In this document: one piece after another, positions 42,026 through 51,391 of the stretch
Numbering within the stretch: position 1 is the stretch's first letter
How the letters are laid out: every line of letters begins with the position of its first letter
Source of the DNA: an uncultured Puniceicoccaceae bacterium
GTDB taxonomy: Bacteria; Verrucomicrobiota; Verrucomicrobiia; Opitutales; Oceanipulchritudinaceae
Direction of reading: 5' to 3'
Assembly (NCBI GenBank): GCA_963933835.1
Contig: CAWVVV010000002.1
Coordinates: 352,001 to 416,000 of the forward strand
DNA length: 64,000 nucleotides
The notes under the pieces: model-generated
What the model saw: the letters and a program-made list of their open reading frames with translations, nothing else
Database searches by the model: none
Told to the model about the DNA's origin: nothing
Program-made: the position numbers and the translations under genes

Positions 42026-42747
42026 CAGCTCTGCTTTACGTTTTCTTGGCGATGGGCTTCAGCGAGCGCATCTTCCATCGCGAGGCCTGTGTTCTGGCGG
42101 ATGCCTTTGATGAGGTAGAAGACGATGCCCATTGTGATGACCGTTGAGGGCACTGCGATGATGATCATGCTCCACATTGTCATGCTGCCGACCTCTTCAT
42201 TGAACTTCACCGGGTCGATCGCTGGCTCAGTTTGGATAAAATGGAGCGCTACGTAGTAGTTTAAAACCGCCGAGATGAAAAACGAAGAAGCGAGGAAAAC
42301 GGTCGCTCGGTTGAGTAGCTTCTGGAAGTTTTTGTTTGTCCCTCGGGCGTCGAGTTCTCTCTGAATTCGATCAACGTCAAACAGCTGGGGCGAGAGAAGG
42401 AGCGTTTTGATGAGGGGGTAGGGCGTAAAAAGTGAGCCAAGGATCGCGAGACCAAGGATACCGGGAATCGCAGCTTCTTTGACGATTACCCAGAAGCGAG
42501 GGAGCTCGAGGAGCCCGATTCCGCCGGTTAGCAGGACACTGACGAAGCCGAGGATTGAGATAAAGTTCTTCTTCCCCCGTGTTTTGAGATCGTAGAAAAA
42601 ATAGCCGACCGGGAACGCCAGCGCGAGGACCAGAACTGCCGCGGGAGAGCCGATGAACTGATCTCCCTTGCGCAGGACGAGAACGGGTAGGATAACATTC
42701 AGTCCAAGATTCCACCAAATCGATTCAGGCTTTTCGCTTTTCTCCAT
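42025..42747 (-). CDS. Conserved membrane protein (VC0807-like)
   Basis: NFISILGFVSVLLTGGIGLL, KEAAIP, SFFISAVLNY, FNEEVGSM; start set at MEKSEK. Confidence 0.75.
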   Translation of the reverse strand: MEKSEKPESIWWNLGLNVILPVLVLRKGDQFIGSPAAVLVLALAFPVGYFFYDLKTRGKKNFISILGFVSVLLTGGIGLLELPRFWVIVKEAAIPGILGLAILGSLFTPYPLIKTLLLSPQLFDVDRIQRELDARGTNKNFQKLLNRATVFLASSFFISAVLNYYVALHFIQTEPAIDPVKFNEEVGSMTMWSMIIIAVPSTVITMGIVFYLIKGIRQNTGLAMEDALAEAHRQENVKQS

Positions 42748-42773
42748 TTGCGCGGATCGTTTTTGATCAAGAG

Positions 42774-43439
42774 ATGAAGGCAAGACCCATTCGATGTCTG
42801 ATTTCCGCGGGACCCACGCGGGAGTACTTTGACCCCGTCCGTTACGTGAGCAATCCCTCGACCGGGAAGATGGGCTATGCTCTTGCCGAAGCGGCAGTAG
42901 AAGCGGGCTGGGAGGTCGATTTGGTTTCAGGCCCCGTGTCTTTGCCGGCTCCTAGTGGCGCCTGCCTCCACTCGGTCATGACCGGTGCAGAAATGTTTGA
43001 AGCCGTCGGCAAGCTTTTCGGTGAATGCGATATTCTAATCATGACGGCTGCCTTGATCGATTTTAGGCCGTGCACCATGGCAGCTCACAAGGTGAAGAAG
43101 GACGTCCTCGATATGGTCGTCGAAATGGAACCTGTGATTGATGTCCTCGCCACGATGGGAAAGCGGAAAACCTCGCAGTTTATCGTCGGATTTGCGGCCG
43201 AGACAAACGACGTCGAAGTTTATGGTCGTCGAAAGCTGGAAACGAAAAACGCGGATTACATCGTCGCGAACCAAATTGGTGTCGAAGGTTCGGGCTTCGC
43301 GTCAGACGACAACAAGATCATTCTTCTCGGACGCGATGGTTCACGCGAAGAGATGGGTCCAACCAGTAAGCGTGCATTGGGGTCCGCGCTGGTCGCGCAG
43401 TTTCAAGTAGACCTAGAAGCGCGTTTAGAATTAGAGTAG
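42774..43439 (+). CDS. coaB: Phosphopantothenate--cysteine ligase (standalone CoaB domain)
   Basis: AGPTREYFDPVRYVSNPSTGKMG, VGFAAET, IVAN. Confidence 0.9.
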   Translation: MKARPIRCLISAGPTREYFDPVRYVSNPSTGKMGYALAEAAVEAGWEVDLVSGPVSLPAPSGACLHSVMTGAEMFEAVGKLFGECDILIMTAALIDFRPCTMAAHKVKKDVLDMVVEMEPVIDVLATMGKRKTSQFIVGFAAETNDVEVYGRRKLETKNADYIVANQIGVEGSGFASDDNKIILLGRDGSREEMGPTSKRALGSALVAQFQVDLEARLELE

Positions 43440-43466
43440 AAAGATGGATACAAGAGCGCATAAATC

Positions 43467-44657
43467 GTGAAGCCGAAAGAAGATCATTTGCAGTCAGTCC
43501 TAGAGCGGGCTGAAGACCTCGATGTAACGAGCCTACGAACGCTCATCAGCCGATTGGCGAAAGAACGCACTCTCTTTCAGGGCATTCTGACGAGTTTGCG
43601 TGAAGGTATCCTCGTTATCGATGCTTCGGGTTCGATCGAATATGCCAACACGTCAGCTTCAAGCCTTCTCGGATTCAAGTCGCGTGATCTATCGACCTCT
43701 AATCTCTGGAAGCAGGTGCCTGATTTGCGGCGGACGCTCGAGTTTACAGGTGATGGCGACTTGCTCTCGGATCGAGGAATCACGCGGGAGATCGAGCTGA
43801 CTTATCCAGAGTGGCGGATTGTTCGACTTTATCTCTTCCCTTTTGACTTAGAAGCGGAGGAAGGGGTGTCGGTTGCGCGCTATGCCGTGATCCTGAGCGA
43901 TGTCACTCAAGAGAAGGAGCAGACGCAGCAGCAGATTGAAAACGAGCGTGTGCAGTCTATCCTACAGCTGAGCGCGGGCGTGGCGCACGAATTGGGCAAT
44001 CCATTGAATTCGCTCAACATCCATTTACAGGTGGTGGAGCGTTCACTGAAGAAGCTGGAGACTGTTTCACCAGCGACTGAAAAGCTTTCACGGTCCCTTG
44101 AGGTGTGCCTCGGTGAGGTTGATCGACTCGACAGCATCATCACGCATTTTCTCGAAGCGGTTCGACCAACCAGTCCTGATTTTTCTGATCTCGATCTCAT
44201 TGCCGTGCTTGAGGAGGCGGTTGACTTTCTCATGCCCGAGCTGGAGTCGGCGGGCGTCCGAGTGGAGGCTTCGCTTGATCGTACGGTACCGATCGTCGAG
44301 GCTGACAGAAATCAGATTAAGCAGATCTTCTTCAACCTATTGAAGAACGCTCGCCAAGCGATGAAGCCGGGCGGCACGATCAAGGTCGCGGCGACGAGTG
44401 ATGACGAGTTCGTCTATCTGCGTGTAGCTGACAACGGTAGCGGGATCGCCGAAGAGGACTTGCCGCGTATCTTCCAGCCCTACTTTTCGACGAAACAAGG
44501 TGGGCATGGCCTCGGTATGATGATCGTCGAACGTATCATGCGCGACCACGGTGGCCAAGTTGGGATCGATTCGAAGCAGGGCACAGGGACGGTTGTGACG
44601 CTGCATTTCCCGCAAAAGCACCGCAGAATTCGAATGCTCGCTGAGGCCCGGAAGTAG
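43467..44657 (+). CDS. PAS-domain sensor histidine kinase (NtrB/AtoS-like)
   Basis: AHELGNPL H-box, NLLKNA, DNGSGI, FQPYFSTK, GHGLG. Confidence 0.93.
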   Translation: MKPKEDHLQSVLERAEDLDVTSLRTLISRLAKERTLFQGILTSLREGILVIDASGSIEYANTSASSLLGFKSRDLSTSNLWKQVPDLRRTLEFTGDGDLLSDRGITREIELTYPEWRIVRLYLFPFDLEAEEGVSVARYAVILSDVTQEKEQTQQQIENERVQSILQLSAGVAHELGNPLNSLNIHLQVVERSLKKLETVSPATEKLSRSLEVCLGEVDRLDSIITHFLEAVRPTSPDFSDLDLIAVLEEAVDFLMPELESAGVRVEASLDRTVPIVEADRNQIKQIFFNLLKNARQAMKPGGTIKVAATSDDEFVYLRVADNGSGIAEEDLPRIFQPYFSTKQGGHGLGMMIVERIMRDHGGQVGIDSKQGTGTVVTLHFPQKHRRIRMLAEARK

Positions 44658-44671
44658 AGCTAGAATGGGGT

Positions 44672-45540
44672 CTAGCTGCCAGAGAGCGGCACGTAAATCC
44701 AGATGCCGCTGTCTATTTGTTGAGGCGGATTTGGAAAAAAAAAATAGCTCTCCAGTTCAAAGGAGTAGGCCCATGTCGGTCCTCCGCTTGTATCGAAGAG
44801 TGAGAGCCATCCCAACCAGCTGCCGGTATCAACAAAGATGTCATTTATGAGAACATACTGGCCCCATTTCGGGTCGTTTAGCCCTCCTGAGCCGACCTGC
44901 AGGTAAAAAGAATGCTCTTCGTAGTGGAGATCTGATCCTTCAAAATAGCGAGGCCTAGCGTGATTAAATAGATATCTTCCGGCGTTGAAGCAGCAATCTG
45001 CATTGGAAAATCCACTTGGTTTGGCCCAGGATTGTTCATGCCGAATCCGCCCCATGTGTAGTAGAATTACCATGACGGCTGCACGAAGATGTCTTGAGGC
45101 ACCCAAGGGGGATCTCCACTGCCTTCCGTGTCATAGGTAAAGTCCAAGAAGTTATCTTGGCTCACATACACTCCTCCGAGATGCATACCGCGGATGGTGA
45201 AAGAGGTGCTGCCGTCCAGATTGGTGGCGGTTACGGTTGGGCGGACCGTTTCCCCTGGCTGGACGATGTATCGTTCTAAAGCGCCGAGCGCCTCCCCATC
45301 TAGCTGAATGCCCAGATCAAGTGCAGTTTGCGCTGGATCGATGCTGAACCGCCCGCTCACCCAAGAACCGTCGCGGACTCCGGCCCATTCTCCGGGTGCG
45401 GTCTGCTCTGACGCAGGAAGGCCATGGCAGGCTGCGCAGTTTCCAAGCACCGAAGCAGGCGCAGCATACTCGGGAAGTGCCGTTAACTTTACGGCCAAGA
45501 GGCAGCATCCTGCGGCAGAGATAAATTGATAGGTATTCAT
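44672..45540 (-). pseudogene. Disrupted secreted c-type heme (CxxCH) protein with Trp-rich C-terminal module
   Basis: Signal peptide, CAACH; in-frame TAA at 45067-45069 followed by FYYTWGGFG...STPEDIYLITLGLA; frame change near 44950 into YFEGSDLHYEEHSFYLQV...VDTGSWLGW. Confidence 0.7.
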
Positions 45541-45647
45541 GAAGCGCCGATTTGATGATCTAGCCTGCGCGATATTCTACCTAAGTAGTATGATCCCTTT
45601 CTTCGCTAGACTAAGAATATCCGACAGCGAGTTCAACAATTGCTGGA

Positions 45648-45929
45648 TCACCGCTGGAGGTAGAACCAGTAGCCGTTTGCTTGAGGACTTGAAACATTGG
45701 TAAATGCCCAACTATTGAAGTTGAGAATATAGACCCAACCTTCGCTATTTGTTGCAAAGCTGACTTCAACCCAACCGAGCCATGATCCAGTGTCGACCCA
45801 AGTTCCGTCTGGAAGATCTGAGATCGGGTAGCCTGCCCATCCATCAACAGGGGAGAGGGGGTCGTTTGCGGCGCGGACGAACTTACGGACCCAACGGTCA
45901 CGCTTACTCATGACAGCGCTCGCGCTCAT
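45648..45929 (-). pseudogene. Gene remnant or standalone ORF consisting mostly of the same Trp-rich C-terminal module
   Basis: WAGYP...WVDTGSWLGW...WVY...NGYWFYLQR; no signal peptide; in-frame stop shortly upstream. Confidence 0.55.
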
Positions 45930-46178
45930 CGAATGGAGCCTCGCCCCTGACTCTTAGCCTTAACGAGATAACACCTTTCCTCATGTGTTTCATTGTTGGA
46001 TTTGAGCTCAGTGAATGTGGCCGGCCGGTGCTAATTCATAAATATACATTTTGCGTAGTGGAAATTATCTACGATTTAAAAAATGATTGGCCACCCCCCT
46101 CAGGGTCTGCAAGGTGTGCTCCACCAAAGTCGGAATATCCTCTTATATCTGGCATTGGCCTTACCCCCATTGATTTCT

Positions 46179-48821
46179 ATGTACGTATATGTTATCGGAT
46201 CCCTCGGGAGCATTCCAGCTCCATTTTGGCTAGCCCCCATTGGCGGTATTCTTGCCCTCGTGATGGCTCGATTTTTCTCCGCATCGGTAATGCGAAAATC
46301 TGAAGGCGACCCCGAAATGGTGCGTATTGCCCAGGCGGTTCGCGAAGGTGCGATTGCGTATTTGAAACGCCAATACAGAATTGTCGTATACGTTTTTGTC
46401 GGATTGGTCGTTTTCTTGGGAATTCTTGCGGCGATGGGCTTACAGCCTACGCTGAGTCTTGTTGGGGTGCCTCTAGCCGGGTTCTTATCCGGGCTCTGCG
46501 GTTGGTTCGGTATGAAGATGGCGACAAACGCCTCAGCTCGGACTGCGGAGGCGGTGAAGACTTCGCTCAATGAAGGATTGAAAGTTGCTTTCAGATCCGG
46601 CGCGGTGATGGGGCTCAATGTCGTAGGCTTCGCAATTCTCGATGTTGCATTCTGGTTCATCTTACTGACCTCGATCGGTGATAAACTGGGGATCAATGGT
46701 GGGATTGTTGAGATGTCGACGATCATGCTCAGCTTCGGAATGGGTGCTTCTACGCAGGCTCTATTCGCTCGTGTTGGTGGAGGTATTTATACGAAGGCGG
46801 CGGACGTCGGCGCAGATCTCGTGGGTAAGATCGAGGCTGGTATTCCTGAAGATGACGCCCGTAACCCCGCCACGATTGCCGATAACGTCGGGGACAATGT
46901 GGGTGATGTTGCTGGCATGGGTGCCGACCTTTACGAGTCCTACTACGGCTCGATTCTCGCGACCTTTGCACTCGGTGCCGCCTCTGCGTTTGCGCTGGCA
47001 TCACCTGAGCATGCGACTGCCTTTGCTCTCAAACTTGGATCCGCCCCGATCGCCTTGGCCGGAATGGGTATCTTCGCATCGATTCTAGGAATCTTTACCG
47101 TGAGGGCCCGCAAAGATGCTTCTTTTTCCGAGCTTCTCAAGGGCTTGCACTTTGGTGTCTACGTCGCCTCCGGGCTTATTGTTCTGGGCGCTTTTGGGAT
47201 GCTTTACGTGCTCTTGGGCGATGATCCGACACTGGCCGCTCTAGGGGTTCCGTGGTGGCGTTTCGGCCTTTCGATTGTCGCGGGGCTCGTCGCGGGGCTC
47301 GTCATAGCTCATGCTACGGAGTACTATACTTCGTATGAACATCCTCCGACAAAGCGCATTGCTGAACAGGCACTGACGGGACCCGCTACGGTTATTATCA
47401 GCGGTATCGCGGAAGGAATGAAATCCACTTGGGCTTCTCTTTTAACAGTCGTCATCGCAATTCTCGCGGCCTTTTCCGCTGCGGGCGGATCAGAGAGTTT
47501 CCTCCTCGGTCTCTTTGGCGTCGGAATCGCGGCGGTCGGAATGCTCTCAACGCTTGGAATTACTTTAGCGACCGACGCTTATGGGCCGATTGCCGATAAC
47601 GCAGGTGGGAATGCTGAAATGACGGATCAAGACCCCGAGGTGCGGAAGCGCACGGACATGTTGGATTCGCTTGGAAACACGACCGCGGCTACGGGTAAAG
47701 GATTCGCAATTGGCTCAGCGGCATTGACTGCCATGGCCCTCCTCGCGGCCTATGTCCAGATTGTCCAAACTCAGCTACACGGCCAAGCCGCTCGATTTGC
47801 GGAAGCAGAACTCGTATCTGTAGAGACGCCGACCGCGGTTTACAAAGGATACGGCATCTACGGCCTGGCCTTTCCTGATGGCACTTTTGATGGGGCGATT
47901 GCGATAAAACCACAAGGGATGAAACCACTTTCAATTGCGACGGAAGCTCCTTCGAAAGGTGATGTGATGCCTTGGGTCGAATCACCGTTCAGACTTCGAA
48001 CGAGTGAGCTTGGGATCAAAGATGTGCTGGCTTACTATGACGTTAGTCTGACGAACCCACGCGTCCTTGGGGGGCTCTTTGTCGGCGCCATGTTGGCTTT
48101 TGTTTTTTGTGCCCTGACGATGAATGCCGTCGGTCGAGCAGCCTATGAAATGATGGGAGAATGCCGTCGTCAGTTTGGTAAAATGCGGGAAGCCTTTCGT
48201 GCCAACGGCATGAGTGAAGAGGACATCGCTAACCCGTTGTCGTGGCCAAAGCAGGTGAAATATGAAGGGGTTGAGTATCCTGATTACGCGACCTGCGTGT
48301 CGATTTCGACTGCAGGTGCCCAGCGAGAGATGGTCTTCCCGGCCATCCTTGCGATTGTTTCTCCGCTTATCCTAGGACTTATTTTAGGCGTTGCGGGAGT
48401 GATGGGCATGCTCGTGGGCGGTCTTGTTTCCGGGTTCGCGCTTGCTGTATTCATGGCCAATGCAGGAGGTGCGTGGGACAATGCGAAAAAGCTTCTGGAA
48501 TCATACGGCAAAATCACCGCAAAGGATTTTAAAGAGAATGCGTCCGTCCGCGAATCGATTCCGGAGTCGGTGCGCTCGACCATTTTAGACCGCGCCAAGG
48601 AAGCAGTGCGCAAGGGTGACCCTGAGCTCATCGTATATGGCAAAGGGTCCGACGATCATAAAGCAACGGTGGTCGGCGATACCGTGGGTGATCCTTTCAA
48701 AGACACCTCTGGCCCAAGCCTCAATATACTCATCAAGTTGATTTCAATCGTCTCCGTTGTTTTTGCCGGATTGGTCGTAAACTACGGTGCCATTGTCGGA
48801 AGTTTCCTCGGATTAGAATAA
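46179..48821 (+). CDS. hppA: Membrane-integral pyrophosphatase, K+-dependent, probably Na+-translocating
   Basis: [55 protein letters not shown]; start could be as early as 46083. Confidence 0.95.
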   Translation: MYVYVIGSLGSIPAPFWLAPIGGILALVMARFFSASVMRKSEGDPEMVRIAQAVREGAIAYLKRQYRIVVYVFVGLVVFLGILAAMGLQPTLSLVGVPLAGFLSGLCGWFGMKMATNASARTAEAVKTSLNEGLKVAFRSGAVMGLNVVGFAILDVAFWFILLTSIGDKLGINGGIVEMSTIMLSFGMGASTQALFARVGGGIYTKAADVGADLVGKIEAGIPEDDARNPATIADNVGDNVGDVAGMGADLYESYYGSILATFALGAASAFALASPEHATAFALKLGSAPIALAGMGIFASILGIFTVRARKDASFSELLKGLHFGVYVASGLIVLGAFGMLYVLLGDDPTLAALGVPWWRFGLSIVAGLVAGLVIAHATEYYTSYEHPPTKRIAEQALTGPATVIISGIAEGMKSTWASLLTVVIAILAAFSAAGGSESFLLGLFGVGIAAVGMLSTLGITLATDAYGPIADNAGGNAEMTDQDPEVRKRTDMLDSLGNTTAATGKGFAIGSAALTAMALLAAYVQIVQTQLHGQAARFAEAELVSVETPTAVYKGYGIYGLAFPDGTFDGAIAIKPQGMKPLSIATEAPSKGDVMPWVESPFRLRTSELGIKDVLAYYDVSLTNPRVLGGLFVGAMLAFVFCALTMNAVGRAAYEMMGECRRQFGKMREAFRANGMSEEDIANPLSWPKQVKYEGVEYPDYATCVSISTAGAQREMVFPAILAIVSPLILGLILGVAGVMGMLVGGLVSGFALAVFMANAGGAWDNAKKLLESYGKITAKDFKENASVRESIPESVRSTILDRAKEAVRKGDPELIVYGKGSDDHKATVVGDTVGDPFKDTSGPSLNILIKLISIVSVVFAGLVVNYGAIVGSFLGLE

Positions 48822-48841
48822 CGCCCGAGCGTCTTTTGCCG

Positions 48842-48877
48842 TCTTGGCAAGTGAGGCTTCGGCTTCGCTTGCCAAGA
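48842..48877. other. Strong intergenic hairpin after hppA
   Basis: TCTTGGCAAGTGAGGC-TTCG-GCTTCGCTTGCCAAGA, 16-bp stem (two G-U pairs), C(UUCG)G loop, no U tract. Confidence 0.6.
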
Positions 48878-48911
48878 TGAGTGCCGGCACCAATTCTCGT
48901 GATCGGTTGAT

Positions 48912-49520
48912 ATGGCAGGATTTGATGAGCAGATAGTGCGGGAGTATTTTGAGCTACATGGCTTCCTCGTGCGCCAGGCGCGAAAATACCAAATCCAGTC
49001 GCGCAAGAAACTGGCTGAGGAGGAGATCGACCTGCTCGTCTATAATCCGGCCTACGCGCTTCAGGAGCGGAAGCCCAACTTCCTCCTCTTCGCAACCGAG
49101 CTTCCATATGTTCATCGCGCCGTTGTAGTAGTGAAAGCGTGGCACACGACGCAGCGCTTCACGCCGACGATGCTGAAGAATAGCGCTGAGTTCTTTAAAT
49201 TCCTCGAAAAGAACGTCATCAAAACTGCCGAAAGTCTTTTTCAGGATGAATCGGAGGATTTCGACCGGACGGATCTGCTCAAGGTCCTCGTCCTTCCGGG
49301 CTTGCCGACGCAAGAGCCTCATCGCAGTGAATCGATCCAACTCCTGCGTGAGCACGGCGTTGATGGGATCATTTCGTTTCGCTCCATGTTGCTCGATATT
49401 CTGCAGAAGGTGGAAGTAAATCGAAACTACTCAAAGAGCGATACGCTGCAGATTCTGCGGATCCTCAAGAATTATGATCTCGTGAAAGACCCGCAGTTGG
49501 GATTGTTCCCGGCTGAGTAA
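48912..49520 (+). CDS. Hypothetical protein with restriction-endonuclease-like (PD-(D/E)XK) pattern
   Basis: EQIVREYFELHGFLV...EIDLLV...VVVKAWH. Confidence 0.6.
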   Translation: MAGFDEQIVREYFELHGFLVRQARKYQIQSRKKLAEEEIDLLVYNPAYALQERKPNFLLFATELPYVHRAVVVVKAWHTTQRFTPTMLKNSAEFFKFLEKNVIKTAESLFQDESEDFDRTDLLKVLVLPGLPTQEPHRSESIQLLREHGVDGIISFRSMLLDILQKVEVNRNYSKSDTLQILRILKNYDLVKDPQLGLFPAE

Positions 49521-49526
49521 AAGCCC

Positions 49527-50348
49527 ATGTCGACTCTACTCATTCATCCCACAGCAGTGATTCACCCTGCTACGCGTATCCATGAAACAGTGACAATCGG
49601 ACCCTACTCAGTCATCGAGGAGGGCGTTGAGCTCGGGCCGCAAACGACGGTTGGACCCTTCGTCCAGATCTGCTCGGGCGTATCGACGGGTGAGCAGTGT
49701 GAGATCCATGCACACTGCGTGATCGGTGGTCTTCCGCAGGCCCTGAACTTCGATCCCAAGACGCTGAGTGGAGTGAAGATGGGTGACCGTGTTGTGATTC
49801 GAGAAGGCTCATCCATCAACCGCTCAACGCAGGCGGGTAGTTTTACTGAAATAGGGAACAATTGCTTTCTTATGGCGACGACTCATGTGGCGCACGACTG
49901 TATCGTCGGGAACCACGTGATCATGGCTCACAACTCCGGTCTCGCCGGCCATGTTACGGTCGGTGACAACACCTTTGTCGGTGGCGCCGCCGTCTTTCAC
50001 CAATGCTGCCGAATAGGTGAAGGAGCCATTATCGGCGGAGCTTCCCGCATCAGCATGGATGTGCCGCCTTTCACGATGACCGCTGAGCGGAATGAGCTGA
50101 TTGGCCTCAACCTCATCGGGCTCAAGCGACGCGGCTACAGTCGGGAGGCGATCAAGGCGCTGAAACTTGCTTTTCGCGAAGTTTGCGGGACCTCGGGAAA
50201 CATGAAGGAGCGAGCGGCCTTACGCTTGGGAAAAGGAGTAGCTGAAGAGGTTGAGCGCTGCTTCTTAGCCTTTTTTGCCGATGGGAAACGCGGCTTCGTT
50301 CAGCCGAATGGACGCGCTTTAGATAATGAGGCCGGGGCGAAATCATGA
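49527..50348 (+). CDS. lpxA: Second UDP-N-acetylglucosamine O-acyltransferase-like protein
   Basis: IHPTAVI, hexapeptide repeats, HVAHDC, LAGHV, FHQ, GLNLIGLKRRG. Confidence 0.85.
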   Translation: MSTLLIHPTAVIHPATRIHETVTIGPYSVIEEGVELGPQTTVGPFVQICSGVSTGEQCEIHAHCVIGGLPQALNFDPKTLSGVKMGDRVVIREGSSINRSTQAGSFTEIGNNCFLMATTHVAHDCIVGNHVIMAHNSGLAGHVTVGDNTFVGGAAVFHQCCRIGEGAIIGGASRISMDVPPFTMTAERNELIGLNLIGLKRRGYSREAIKALKLAFREVCGTSGNMKERAALRLGKGVAEEVERCFLAFFADGKRGFVQPNGRALDNEAGAKS

Positions 50349-51253
50349 AGCCACTCGCGCTCACCTGTGGTGACCCCGCAGGCGTGGGACCTTTGATTAT
50401 TAGGGACTGGCTAGAGAGTGATCTTGAGCGACCTCCCGTCATCGTCTTTGGCCCAGCGCAGTGGCTTGAAACACTGTCCGTCGAGGGTGTAGCGGTTGGA
50501 CCGAAAGGCTATGTCGCCGAGCCCGGCTCGCCGAGTCCTGAGGGTGCGCGGGTTGCGCTAGCAGCGATGGAGGTAGCGGCCGCAGCGTGCCTCGAAGGGC
50601 GCTGTAGTGCCGTCGTGACGGCCCCAGTGAGCAAGGCTGAGTTACAGGTAGTGGGCTATCCCTTCCCCGGGCAAACCGAGTTTTTTGCCGATCGCTGGGG
50701 TGGGGCACCGACAATGGCGTTTGCGGGCGAGGAGCTACGGATGGTGCTGGCGACTTGGCATGATCCGCTCATCGAAATTCCCCAAATTTTAGAATCTCAT
50801 CCAGAGTTGATCGAGCGCGCGGTGGAGCGGGCTGACATGCTCGCGCGGGCACATGGATTTGATCGCCCTCGCATCGGCGTCTGCGGTCTTAATCCGCATG
50901 CGGGCGAGGGTGGAGTCCTTGGAAGTGAAGAGCAGCGTTTCATCGATCCGCTTCTGGATCGCCTGCGTTCGAAGTATCCGGGGCTTTCAGTCTGCTTGCC
51001 AGGGGACACCGTTTTTTGGCGGGTGCGCAAAGGAGAGTTCGATGTGGCGATCGCGCTCTACCATGATCAAGGCCTTGGGCCGCTCAAAACGCTGGAATTT
51101 GATCGGGCGGTGAACATCACCCTCGGTCTCCCGTGGGTGCGGACGAGTCCTGACCACGGGACTGCGTTTGCCCTCGCTAAAGCAGGTGAAGGCATCGATT
51201 CGGGTAGCTTCTCGAGGGCCGTGGAGTTCGCGGTGCGGCTAAGCTCACTTTAG
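50345..51253 (+). CDS. pdxA: 4-hydroxythreonine-4-phosphate dehydrogenase
   Basis: GDPAGVGP, GLNPHAGE, YHDQGL, RTSPDHGTAF. Confidence 0.93.
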   Translation: MKPLALTCGDPAGVGPLIIRDWLESDLERPPVIVFGPAQWLETLSVEGVAVGPKGYVAEPGSPSPEGARVALAAMEVAAAACLEGRCSAVVTAPVSKAELQVVGYPFPGQTEFFADRWGGAPTMAFAGEELRMVLATWHDPLIEIPQILESHPELIERAVERADMLARAHGFDRPRIGVCGLNPHAGEGGVLGSEEQRFIDPLLDRLRSKYPGLSVCLPGDTVFWRVRKGEFDVAIALYHDQGLGPLKTLEFDRAVNITLGLPWVRTSPDHGTAFALAKAGEGIDSGSFSRAVEFAVRLSSL

Positions 51254-51391
51254 CCTTAGAACAGTCTTGTTCGACAGATTATTCTTGATTTGAGGCCTTG
51301 ACGGGCGCCTTCCTGCGTTTGATTAGATTTACCCTTGTATGTTGCTGGGCCGAAGCCTTGCTCCTGCCATTCTTTCAACAAAATTCAACTA

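Noticed and set aside
45930..45960. Fluoride-riboswitch-like ATGGAGCCTCGCC...TGACTC upstream of hppA
   Set aside because: No proper P1 stem, and the spacing is too short for the second hairpin.
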